DNA of 64,000 bases from positions 24,947,233 to 25,011,232 of the forward strand of contig OZ316892.1 in assembly GCA_973895155.1 (NCBI GenBank). The letters are read 5' to 3'. This document shows, one piece after another, positions 12,709-24,895 of this stretch. The position numbers and the translations under genes were made by a program. The notes under the pieces are model-generated. The model saw only the letters and a list, made by a program, of their open reading frames with translations, did not search any database and had not been told where the DNA came from. Source of the DNA: Marsupella aquatica. Its lineage: Eukaryota > Plantae > Marchantiophyta. Each line of letters opens with the position of its first letter. Position 1 is the stretch's first letter.

Positions 12709-15206
12709 TGTGAAAGGGCCCAAAACCGGGTGTACTTAGTGATGACTTATAATTGCATATATAAGTAGAAAGACAAGTAGGTGTAGTAAAAGTGTTTGGA
12801 TTTTCAAATTTTTTATTTTTGTTAGTTCTAATAAATGGATGCGACAACCGGAGGCCGGAGTTGAGAGGGGTGTCGGGCAGTGATGTATGACAAGGGAACC
12901 ATTGAGGGGGTACAAGGAGGCCACAAGGCAACCCGAGGACTTGGAGCCAAGGTGTGGGCACCTTGGAGGGGTGGGGGCTGGTCGGAGGCTCCACATAAGG
13001 CGCAAAACAGGAAGAATGACCAAAATATAGAAAACATTGAAACTTAAAACAGACGTTGTTGCGCTAGTACTATTCCAAACATTGTCATATTTGGATTCAT
13101 TTTGAAGCCCTCAATGAGCCCCATGTGAAACTGAGGTTCTCTAGTTGATTTTAGGTCTATATCAAACAGTGACATCTCGAGGGACCTCAACGCCTGTAAA
13201 ACAATAAACTAGGCAATCTTGGAGTAGTGATGGTGGGAGGGCCCTTAGAAGGAAGGGGTTCTCACACTTGTGTTCCCCTTCACCCTTTGTGTGGTCCTCA
13301 CATGGTTTTTGTTCTCTTTCCCTTCCCCACTCCGTAGAGGGGCACTCTGTAGAAGAACACATCCGTAGAAGGGGCCCTCACACTTTCTTCCTTCCTTTCT
13401 TTCTCTATTCTCACTTGTGGGGTTTCCACCCATACCTAAACCCTAAACCCTTTCCCTCTTGTACTTGCTTTGAACGTGTGTACACACCCTGGTTGTACAA
13501 ACATCAGATTTTCGACCATCTCAAAATCATGAGTCTATGGGCTTGTTGGAAATAGCTCGCCGAGCTGAATCCAACAATGTGTCACACGGCCGAAACGGAG
13601 CTAAGACGGGGAAGATACGACAAATCGCATTTTTTTAGAATACGAGGGTTTTGAGGCCGTACGGACGTCTGTACGGAAGGAGGTCCCGGCTTTGCAAGGG
13701 AAGGAGGAGGTAGTAGCACATACGGGGAAACCGTGACCCGTGTTTTGCAAAGCCGGGGGAAACGTGTTGTACGGACGAAACGAAGGGAGACGGTGCCCCG
13801 TAAAAACTTAAACGATCATATTTTGGCCGTTTGACATCCGTTTTGTGCACCGTTTATGGAGCCATGATCAGGAAGAGGAGGGCTCCTCAGATATGTTTTC
13901 AGGAATAAATTCTGAGAAAATTTCAGTTTCGACAATTATAGGGGCCCCCTCCTTTTACAACAAACCGGTGGTGGCGAACAGGAGGATCGGGGCTCAAGCC
14001 AAGGCACCGTGAGTGAGGAGGAGGAGGACTGATGAGGAGACCAACTCACGGGGCTCAAGCCAAGGCACCGTGAGTGAGGAGGAGGAGGACTAGGGTAGCC
14101 GTACGGACCTATCGTACGACCTCTGGATTTTGAAACTTTTTGGAAGGGTGCACTCACGGGCTTGTTGGAAAGAGCTCGCGGAGCTGATTCCAACAAGAGG
14201 CAGCGCTCCTCAAACGGAGCCAGGATGAGTAAGTTAGGGCCCGGCGAAGTTGGTAAGTAAGTGATACTGAAACGGCCATAACTTGGTCATTTGGCGTCCG
14301 TTTCAAGAGCGGTTTTGTGATTCATGATCAGGGGGAGTAGGGCTACCCAGGGGTGAGCTCAGAGGTGCAATCGGAGTGGCACCTAGTTTCGGCAATTATG
14401 GGGTCCCTTGCATTTTTTGCGGTTCACGAAGTGATGTTGGGGTGCCGTCGAAGGCACCGTCGGTCCCATTGTTAGATTAGGGTTTTAGGAGCATGTGTGT
14501 GCCGCATGCTTTAGGATTAGGGATTTTCTTGTGTGAAAGTTTATGCAGGGTTTTAGCGGCGCCGCTAGGGTGGCCGCCACCATGGTGATCCCGTGAGGGG
14601 TGCTTTGGTGTGTTTTTTTTAGTATTTAGGGGGAGAGCCTCGTAGTGAGGGGGGGAACTCAGTCTAGTGTTTGCTTAGGGAAGTTAGCTCATAGCTAGAA
14701 GAAGGAATCAAGCCAGAGTAGTGAGGTAGAGGTGTAGCACTTGCCCCAATGAGGCAGTAGTTGGGCAGACGGCAGGAGGTCGGGTTGTCCTTGCAATGTG
14801 TTACGACGTTTTGCCAAAAGATATGGATTTGGTTTGATTCCTCAAGTTTTGGTGTGATGTTACCTTTTCTGGTTGACGATTGTGTTCTTTCCCCAAGAAG
14901 CGTCTAAGGAATCCTTGCACGGTTTGGTCAACCATGTGAGTAGGAGGGGTGGTGACAGCACTCCACCAACGACCAGTAGGAGTGTGTGTGTGGCGTAGTC
15001 CATGGGACTTGATCAAAAGTAGAGTGGCTAGTCGGTAGACTTGATCAAAAATTACATTTCCGAGAGCGGAAATAAACATATTCATCCTACATGCAATAGA
15101 ATTCTAATAGCATCCCTCCACATTCCCATCATACGATAACAAACAATTTTAGTATGAGTAAATACGTATTTAATTGTCGTGTAAATCATTTGATAAGCAG
15201 GTGACA
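12709..15206. mobile_element. Solo LTR (~2.5 kb) inserted in gag
   Basis: TG...CA ends and 5-bp TSD TGTAA (12704-12708, 15207-15211). Removal restores in-frame DAPAV-TIDPKDAKIAQLEQQ. No coding domains inside. Confidence 0.9.
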
Positions 15207-15211
15207 TGTAA

Positions 15212-15479
15212 CCATAGATCCAAAGGATGCTAAGATTGCTCAATTGGAGCAACAGCTAGCTGCCATGGCTAGTTCCCAAGTGAGATCTACTTCTGGTGAT
15301 GGGGCATCTACATCCTATGGACCTTCCACATCCCATGGTCCTTCCACATCTTATGGAGTTGATGGAGACCTTACCACCATGGGATTCATGTGTGGCACTG
15401 CACATATTGATGCATCAGCAGCTTTGACACGTGGGGCAGCCAAAGCTCTTGAGCCCCAAGGAGTAGTTAGATCCACAAA
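15212..15479 (+). pseudogene. gag-pol continuation between the two nested inserts
   Basis: IDPKDAKIAQLEQQLAAMASSQ...VVRST is in frame with the pieces on both sides. Confidence 0.8.
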
Positions 15480-16526
15480 CACTAGTAGAAAACAATGTAT
15501 TTTATGACGGAAACAATGACTATTAATCAAGTCTTTTTAACAAAATAATGACACAATCGTTCTCGTCTTTCCAGACGCGTCACAACGGACATTTTGGTCA
15601 CGGTCCTTCTGGACATATGACACTAAAAACATGTGGTCATTTCATACTATCCTAAATGACGGTTTTTATGATATGGTCATAAATGCTGAACGGTCCAAAA
15701 TGACGACACAAATCACCATCGACGGTCAATTGTTGTTGACCGTCGACGGTCCCCGTACCCAATCACACAACAACACGTGGCAATCAAAAAACAAATAACA
15801 TTGGTCATTTTGGACTTGTCCAAAATGACGTACATTATATAACAAATCAAATAGTGACACATGGTTCAAAGAGGATTCACCATTTGGCAATATATTTGGG
15901 TCATTTTGGACGTGTCCAAAATGACTATGATATAAACAAGTCATATTAAGACACGTGGTTCAATTAGGAGGAGACACATAAAGATACCCATTAGTCATTA
16001 ATGACATAAAGTGAGTCATAGTGGACTTGTTTATAATGACCATGAGAGCGGTCATTGTATATGTCATTCTTTGAATCATTTAGTCTATGTCTTTAATGAC
16101 CAGAGTTGAGTCATATTGGTCACAAAGATAGTTGTGGATAATGACCATTACATCAGTCATTCTAGCCAGTCATTTAGGTGAAGTATTCAATGATTTGGAG
16201 AAATTCAAATTTAAGTGATCATGATAGATAAAACTTCATGTCATTCAAAAATCATACATTACAAAGCCATTCAATAGATTTGCTGAATGAAAACCTAAAG
16301 AAACATTCCATATATATCACAAATCCAATTGACATTCATACAAGATACCTTCATAAGTCTCACACTAACTATTGAACTCAATGCAAATTTATGAAACAAA
16401 ATTACATTGGCATCAATAATATTAGATTGTCAATTGTTACAACCTGACATACCAATCACTCTGCATGTTTATAGAAAAACAGAGTTGATTCTATCATGTC
16501 TAGTGTTTCTTGACAGAGTGCTATTT

Positions 16527-19330
16527 CTATTGCTTTTTAAGCAATCTAGAGTTCCATAGGGCATTCATCCCTTTCACATCAGATAATTTGGACTGTTTCT
16601 CCCCTGCATTGGCAAATGGCAATGCCACATCTACAAACACTTCAATCACACGCACTCGCAAGAAAGGGCTTTCAAAATCTGCACAATGAAACTTATCTTC
16701 TCCTGACAGCCCTGTCACCTCACCTTCTGCCACTATCATGGAATTGTCCACAATGCTCTTCATCTTCACCAAATCTCCTCTTGCAAACTGTGAACAACAC
16801 ATTTTGTTAAAAATGCAATAAACAGAAATTGAAAGATAGAAGAACACTCAAATCAAACACACATTTAAATTTGCAATGGGATTAGGAGACTGCATTGGTT
16901 TCTTTTGTGCAGGTGATGCATTTGCTGAAGATCCTTTCTTCCTTTTCTTCTGAGTGTCATCATGCTCACTTGGAACAGGAGTTTCTTTTGGCAACTCAGA
17001 TGATTCTGGGGTTACATCTAGTGTCAACTGAGTCGACTTATCCTCTGGCAACTGAAAGGCATCTGAAATGGCTTCTTTGGGCAACTTAGATGGCAAAAGG
17101 TTCACTTCCAATTCAGTTTGCTTCACAGTACTGTTAGCTGTGTCAGTTGGTCTTCCCTGCGACACAGGAGGCTCCCCTAAAGATGCTGTCATAAAACACA
17201 CACAAGAGAAATGCATAAACAAACATGTATACACCAGCAACATATAATCACACTAGAACATGCAAGAACATTATAAACATACAATGACATATATACACCA
17301 CAATAATTACATTGAATGGACAGTGAATAGATGATAGAGAATTTTACCTCCATTATCACCTGAAAAAGTAAGAGATCGTTTTCTACTACCTTCTTTGGTA
17401 GTTGTAGTCAACTTACTATGACTAGGAACAAATGTTGGAACTTGTGCATTACTGGAGTGATGTGCCATCCATATAGTCATCATGTTTGTCAACTCCTTCA
17501 CAGTGCCTTTCAACTCATCGACATCCAATTTGACAGCCCCAATGGCAGTGATATCTTCTTTTGAATGTGGGGTCTGTAAATGAACCACAAACCAACACAA
17601 CATTCTCATTGTCAAACTAACAAACGACACAACACTCTATCAAATGGAAAATGATGTACAAATCAGATTGGAATGGCAATACTCACAGCTGATCCATGTC
17701 TGTATCCTTGCCCCAGTAAGCTAGCACTTTTACCCTCCCCACTTGCCAATGACGGGCTCACCTTTGCTCCCAAAAAACTACCAGTCTGACCTTGTGCACT
17801 TGCCAATGATGGGCTCATTGTCACCTTTGGCAATGAACCCTGACTACCAAGGTTTTCTTTCAGGTCAGATATACCTGGGCTTGATCCTCTCTTCTGCGTC
17901 TGTTCAAACACACAATGAATGAGAAACTCAGAGTCTGTTTTCATCAAGATTCACAAACAAGACATAATTGATAGTGAAAATGATATAGACAGTTTACCAT
18001 TCTCTTTGCTGCTGCAGCATGCCCTCCTCTACCAAAGTGACTGGTATCTTGCACTCGTGCTCTTTTATCAGTCATTTGTTTACTCAAAGATATCAATGTT
18101 GGACTGGTGAAATGAGATACCAAAGCTGCCCATTTCTTTGGATCAACACCAGATGGCCCAGGTTTGGTTGGATCCTCATTGCAAACTTTCTTCCAGTAAA
18201 CATGCATTTTATGGCGCTCTCTCTTCAATATGCCACGACAATGACTCTGGAATTTGTTGTCAATAAATTCCCCACCCACATACTCCCACTTAGCTGCCAT
18301 GTTCTTCCACACACTGGTTATATGAACTCATGGATGTTCAGTCCATTTTGGCTTTGATACATCAAAGATTCTTAGTACATTGCCACGAAGTTCCTCCAGC
18401 CAGTACTGTTTGTTGAGATTAGAATCATCAATATCATTGTCATAAATCTGCATTTCACATGCAATGTCAATTCATAACTCTGGAATTTATGCATAGTCCA
18501 GGTTTTATACACACAATAACAGAGAGGATCTATGTCTAAATCTACATTCAAAAAAAGTACAATACTCACTTTAATGTGTTTGGGCAAATCTCCCTGATTC
18601 CTTCGTACTTTGGCAGCATTATCAAACATCTTCTTAGCATGCCTTTGTTCCTTGCGCATCTCAGAGGCCCCGCCTGCAATGCACACACATGCTTTCACTC
18701 ATAAAATATGTACATTGAAAAGTTGAGCAAATGCACTTGCATATGCATGACGAGCAGATTTGTATTACCTGAAGATCCTCTGGAATGTAGTACGTCAGAT
18801 TGACCTGATCTGCCTTCAGATGCTGATGGAACCACTAAACAAACACACACCACCAAGCACTTCAATGAATTTTAGAAAAATGTAGAATATCAACTTCCAA
18901 ACACACTGAAAAGGTATATCAGTACAATCCACTCACTTTCATATAACAGTCCAGTGTCTGGGTCTTTCCAACATCTCACCAGCCCACCTCCACCAGGCCC
19001 AGTCTTCTTAGGACCACGATTTTGTTTCTGTACCTACATCATGGACAACGTAGGCATATTAACAAATACTTTGAAACAAGGACAAGGATTTAGGGTTTAG
19101 GATGATGAAGTTCAAGCATTACCTGCTGTTCACTCTCAGGTTCTGACCCTCCAATGTTAGAATCCTCAGTGTCATACCCAGCACTGGCATAGCCATCATC
19201 ACCAGACTCTGCCATGTTCACCTTGGTAACTTGTGATAGTCTAGAGCTCCTCCTCTTTGGCAATGTTCCAGTTGAAGTACCTTTCACCAATGCAGGCTTT
19301 TCTCTCTGTCGTTGTACATGTGTGGTTGGG
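16527..19330 (-). pseudogene. CACTA TnpA-like multi-exon gene (exon boundaries approximate)
   Basis: Exon-sized ORFs with KRERHKMHVYW..PSGVDPKKWAALVSHF..SKQMTDKRA..HFGRGG (Ptta/En-Spm-like) and a C-terminal LVKMKS..IVAEGEV..RVIEVFVDVALP..ALW (Tnp1-like). Confidence 0.7.
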
Positions 19331-19919
19331 CCTCTAAGGAACAAAACAATCATCAACATACACCAAATGCAGATCAAACATACATGCAAGCAGAATCTAC
19401 AACACAGTAATAATGGTACTTATGTACAGGTTCCATACTAGTACGAGACCAATCTGGAATATGAAAACAGAACATGAACCTGACAACTCCATATATCTAC
19501 TGAATCAAATTTGCAACAGACATTTTAACACACACATCAGCATGCAGTCTGGCCCCAGTCCTAGATCACGCATAATGCTGACATTATGCTCTATGTTTTG
19601 CTTTCGGGCCTCCTCATAAGCATTCACAGGATGTGACAACCCTTGCAATCGTCCTTTCACAGGCTGCATTCACCAACTGCACAAATGGGCAAAACATTAG
19701 TCTGATTTCATATATAGTCCATACATGTAGTCCATCTATGGACTTCACACACCTAAAACCTATTCACTGCTTAGGCCTACCCTTTCTTGCAGATCCCTCT
19801 ACATCTTTGCCTCGTTTGGGACCAGTACTTGGTCCTGGATTTGCTCTAGTCCTACAGGCTTTAGCCAATTCAATGTGTAATTTGGCATTGTTTTCCATTG
19901 TAGCATGGAAATCAACATC

Positions 19920-22900
19920 TGTGTAATCACCTAACACCCTTGTGGACCTGGATTCTTTGTGGAGGATTGTTCTCCATGCTATCCCCTTCTCATTGGGGTG
20001 GAAGAAAACCTACTCCACTTGCTTTGGGAAAACGTAATCATTTTCTTGGACACACCTAGTTCTCTTTGGAAATTCACCTGCCAAAGACCAGACTCAGAAT
20101 ACCTCATACTGGCAGAGGATTTAGGAGTCCATGATGGATCTGCCCATTTCCCTTTGAAAAGAATCACCTCTTTCCTCAAGCTGCCGTAATTCAGTACTAA
20201 GATATCTATCAAGGCCCCTACATACTATACAGATTCTTCTCTAGTTGCGCCAGACCTGTCCACTCGCTTCTCAGTGAATGTCGAAGCCATCCCAGAATCA
20301 AAAGTGTTGAATGCACCAGAATCACAATCACTCAAACACCCCAAGGATGGAATAGTCCTCTAGTGATGCCCATAGGCTCTGCATGCCCTATACAGTCGTG
20401 CCTTCAAACTAGGTGGTGTGGAGTATGCAGATAGTAATGACCGCTCAGACTCTATCTCAAAATTATGGGTATTGACTAATGTTTGAAACCATTCCCTGAA
20501 AGGTGGCAGTTCTTGGCAGTCAAGGGGAAATTCCACGGGTTTTCTTCGATTGGCAGGCTTCCTCATCCATTCCTTCCGGAAATCCACTCTTCGTTTGGTA
20601 ACAGTCTCATTGGTAGCATCATATCTCCTACATGGCAACAACAACACTCAAGACATTAGTGCACAATCCACCATGAATATACAAACACAATGGGGCAGCA
20701 TAATTATGATCCATATGGTACAGGGTTTACATACCTGTACCATGGAGCCACTGTCTCTTCATTCTCCAATATATAATGATGCATGGCCATCATTTCAGAC
20801 CAATTCAAAGTTATCTCCTTTGCAGCCCCTTCCAAGACAATGCCTGCAACGCCAGCATCCTCCTCCAACTCCCAGGTTTGTTTTCCCTCTCCCTTAGCAT
20901 CAATCATGTATTTAGAAAGGAATCCCAAAGACTCATCTAATACATAGCCTTCAGCCATAGAAGCCTCTGGACGTGCCTTGTTTCATACATAACCCTTCAA
21001 TACCTTCAGGTTCCTCTCTATTGGGTACATCCATCTGCCTGTAACTGGGCCACACAAGTCTAATTCCTCCACTAGGTGAATCATTAAATGGGTCATGACA
21101 TCAAAGAAGCTTGGTGGAAAAATGGATTTCCACAATGCAGAGAGTGAATGCAACATCCATCATCAAATTCTCATACATTGAAGGGTCCCACACCTTCGTA
21201 CAGATCTGGCGATAGATATTGCTCATCCCAGCTATGGCCAAGTGAACCCCTTCATCAAGTAATCCCATTGTTGCCAGAGGGAGAATCTGTTGCATGAGTT
21301 GGTGGAAATCATGTGATTTCAACCCAGAGAGTTTCTTGGATTTTGTAACACACTTTGCCAAAGAACTTGAAAAACTAGTGGGCCCTTTCAAGGTCAATAA
21401 CACCTCCAAGAACCTTGTTCTTTCCTTCTTGCTCAGGCAATATGGGGCTGGGGGCATCAACAATTTGTCATCGTTACGCTTGGGAGCTGGATTGGGTACA
21501 AGCCATAGGTGTTGGCGCACTTGTAAGAGCTTCAGGTCTTCTCGAACAGAAGGAGTGTCCTTGGTCCCAATGATAGTTTGCACAATGTTGTGTGCAAGAT
21601 TCTTCTCACAGTGCATGGGATCTAGACAATGGTTAATGAGTAGTTTCTGCAGTGGACACACAATTCAGAAATTAGGGCATTGAATACAACAATTACAAAA
21701 TCTGGGCTACAAGAAGTAAACACATTTCAAAGTCATATGAAGAGATTGCAGAAATTCATTGTAGTAGTATGGAGTCTTATGTTCCAATAGGGCAACTTGT
21801 ACAGACCAGTAGCCCTCTTCACTCCATGCACCTTTATGGGGCAGCTCTCATCCTCAACCTTGGTTCCTCCCTTCAAATATTCTGTTGTCTCGTCTCCCCA
21901 CTTCTTTCTATCAGAGCTTGACATTCTACACGGTGCAGGTCGGCTCTCAATTGGACCATCAAAGTATTGTGCACTGTCTGGTCTACGAAAAAGATGCCTT
22001 GCTGCTAACCATCGACGGTGGCCACTGTACTCTAATTTCTGCAAGTGCTTAGAACCACGTGCCACACATTTTGGCCCACAGATGACACATCCTTTGTATC
22101 CAACATGTTGTTGTCCAGATATTAAACCATATGCAAGGTAATCATTGATTGTCCACAATAGCACAGCCCTTAGGTTGAAGTGTTGAGACAATCCTGGGCG
22201 TGGCAATTTGTCAAAGTAGGGCACTCCTTTCGTCCACAACAGCTCCAGCTCCTCATAGAATGGGCCCAATATTATGTCCAGCTGTTCCTCTGTTACTGAA
22301 TCAGGTCCTGGAATCAGCATAGCTAGCATGACAAAGAACTTCTTGGTGGTAAGCCAAGGAGGTAAATTGTAATTCAACAGCAAGATTGGCCAGGTAGACC
22401 AAGCTGTGGAATTATTCCCAAAGAGATTCACCCCATCAAGTGCCAACCCAAATCGCACATTCCTTGGTTCAGCTGCAAATTTCTTATCAATATTTGTATC
22501 CACATGCTTCCAAGCCTTGGAATCTGCTGCGCGCCGAACCATGTTGTCTGTGCTTCTATTCTCATGATGCCAAGTCATGAGTTTAGATGTACCAGCAGTG
22601 GCATACAATCTCTTCAACCTGGGAATTATAGGGAAATACCGCACCGCCTTCCTTGCCTGTAATGAATTCCCCACTCTCTTCATCTTCGGCTGCTGACACA
22701 CTGAACAGTTTTCTAACTTGGCAGACTCACCCCTAAAGAGCATGCAACCTTTCTCATAGACAGGGATTCTCTCATAATCCAAGCCAAGCTTTCTCAATAG
22801 CTGCTTTGCAGCATATAAGTTCTTGGGCAGATTATGCTCTGCAGGCATACCATGCTCCCCCATCAAAGCCAACAATGCATTCACTCCTTTGTTTGAGAAT

Positions 22901-23640
22901 CCATGGCCATGACAGATGTTCAATAGAAGCAACATGAATGACACAACATCTATTTTGCTGCCTGGGAACAAAGGTTGCATTGCTTCATCTAAAGATAACT
23001 GTGCAGGATCAGTCTCCACTAGAGTTTGGGAGGTTTCAAGGGGCTGTATAGGATGGGCACCTCCTTCACTCTCATCATCCCCAAGTACAGAATCCAAGTC
23101 AAAATGGTCCTGATCATCTAGTTCATGCTCAGGGGATTCTTCATTGTTTCTCAGCAACGTTTCTTCAAGTAGAGCCCTGACATGTTCTTCAACATGACCT
23201 ATAGTTGGATGTTCTTGAACATCCACAGTTGGATACTCTGGAACATCTGGAAACAAATGTTCTTCAACATCTACAGTTAGCTGTTGTGCACAGGTTGCCT
23301 GCTGAAGGTTAGCTAACCTCAATGCCTCAGGGCCATGTTGTGACATGTAGTCAGCACCCCACTCTTCATCAGAAGAGTCCTGTCCCTCTCCCACCCACAC
23401 TCGATATGCAGGGTACCGACCATGTTTAATAAGGTGCAGTCTAGCAGTATTCCGATTAGTCCTATAATTCCCTTTGCAGTTCACACAAGGGCAGTACATC
23501 TTATGGTCCCCACTCTTGTGGCAGGCCTTCTGTTCTCGAACCCACAAAGCATCATCACGATGTTGTACTCTAGCTGGATGGAAGAGCGGCAACTTTGGAG
23601 TTCTACCCACACCTAACCTATTCTGTGGCAATTGTGCCAT
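19920..23640 (-). pseudogene. CACTA TnpD (Tnp2-family) transposase, decayed
   Basis: MYCPCVNC; RYFPIIPRLKRLY; FAAEPRNVRFGLALDG; STWPILLLNYNLPPW; LLWTIND; DPMHCEKN; GLKSHDFH; THLMIHLVEE..CGPV..RWMYPIER; EASMAEGY. Has a frameshift near 21120, an in-frame stop (GYV*NK) and an intron donor apparently mutated to ATAAG at 21780. Confidence 0.92.
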
Positions 23641-24229
23641 GCTAGCTTGATTGAAATTATATTCAAACTCTGATTTTCAAACTCAATTAGTGTGACATGC
23701 ATACAAAATTGGGCCTACCGTCACAGTTGTACAACTGATGCCAACCACTGTCCAATTGCTCAAACCCATAGAGCCTAGTTTCTCAAATCCACTGTAGTGG
23801 GGCACCTTCTCCTTCTTGCATACAAATAGAGCATCACAGACAGTGTCATCAGAATGATACTATGAACGTAAATCTCTGTGCCTTCATCATTTCCAGTATT
23901 TATGAATGTGAGCGGACAGGTATGGAATGAGTGACGTTTGTGACACTAGTGAAAAATTTACAAGTGAAGTTTAGACATCAACAGTGACAGGTCTCACATT
24001 CAAAGCACATGCATGAAAATCGGAATCCTACCCTGGTTCCAGATAGTAAAGTTGATTTCTCAAAATTAATTGCCTCAATCCGCAATGCACTGTCGTAGAG
24101 TGTGTATACATGAGGAGTTCATCAAACTGCATATAAATAGTCCACATGTTTTAGCACTCTGAAAATTGTTTAAGTCCATGTGAAACCATCAAAACATCTA
24201 TCTCAAGTTTGTGTTCTATCCAGCCTCAA

Positions 24230-24895
24230 TCAAATCCAAGAAATGTGGCTCCTGGCAGGAGTGCCTAGTGTAGGATCAATGTCATGGTCAGGACAGTAAA
24301 ACATCCCCTTCTTGGGCTGCCCATGCGCTGAGTGATCCCAAATTGTTCGATCATGGGCAAATCCCCTCTGCTGGATAAATTGCGGGCAGTCCTTGTGCCA
24401 TGCCTTAGGACACCTCATGCACTAAACCAAAAAGCCATTAGCCCCATCATTGGGCCCCTGTCCACAAGTGTGACAAATATGGAGTCCACATGATGTTGTG
24501 CCAGGAACCAAACACTGCCGACAATAAAACCGGGCACAGAGAGGGTCTGGACATTTTCTTACCTCTTCACCAATTTTTCCAGACACATGGCACTTAAAGC
24601 AAGAATGTTCCTCATTCTTGCAGTCAACACAAAGCCATTCTCCAACATGGCCATCAGCCAGGGATATAGTTGGGCATAGCCATTGCTGACCCAAAGGACA
24701 GGAAACATTCTTATGGAAATGTCGGTGGCAAGGCCCATCACAAACAATGAGATCCCCTCCCTCATCACAAATCGCACATACATGTGGGCTATTTTGGTTA
24801 ATCTCAATGTCTGAATATAAGGACAATTGAGGTGCTTGAGAGGATTCACCTCTGCAACGATTCATGGCCTTCTGCTTATTGCAAGCCATGGTCCT
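24230..24895 (-). pseudogene. EDM2/NSD-like clustered PHD-finger protein carried by the CACTA (one premature stop at 24422-24424)
   Basis: CAICDEGGDLIVCDGPCHRHFH..C..WLCVDC..HSCFKC..VRKC..CARFYC..CGLHICHTC..LV*CMRCPKAWHKDC..FYCPDH.ID..LGTP; the two ORFs are in the same frame. Confidence 0.8.

Noticed and set aside
11296-14525. Telomere-like TTAGGG / CCCTAAA motifs
   Set aside because: Only scattered single or double copies (telo-box-like), not an interstitial telomeric array.
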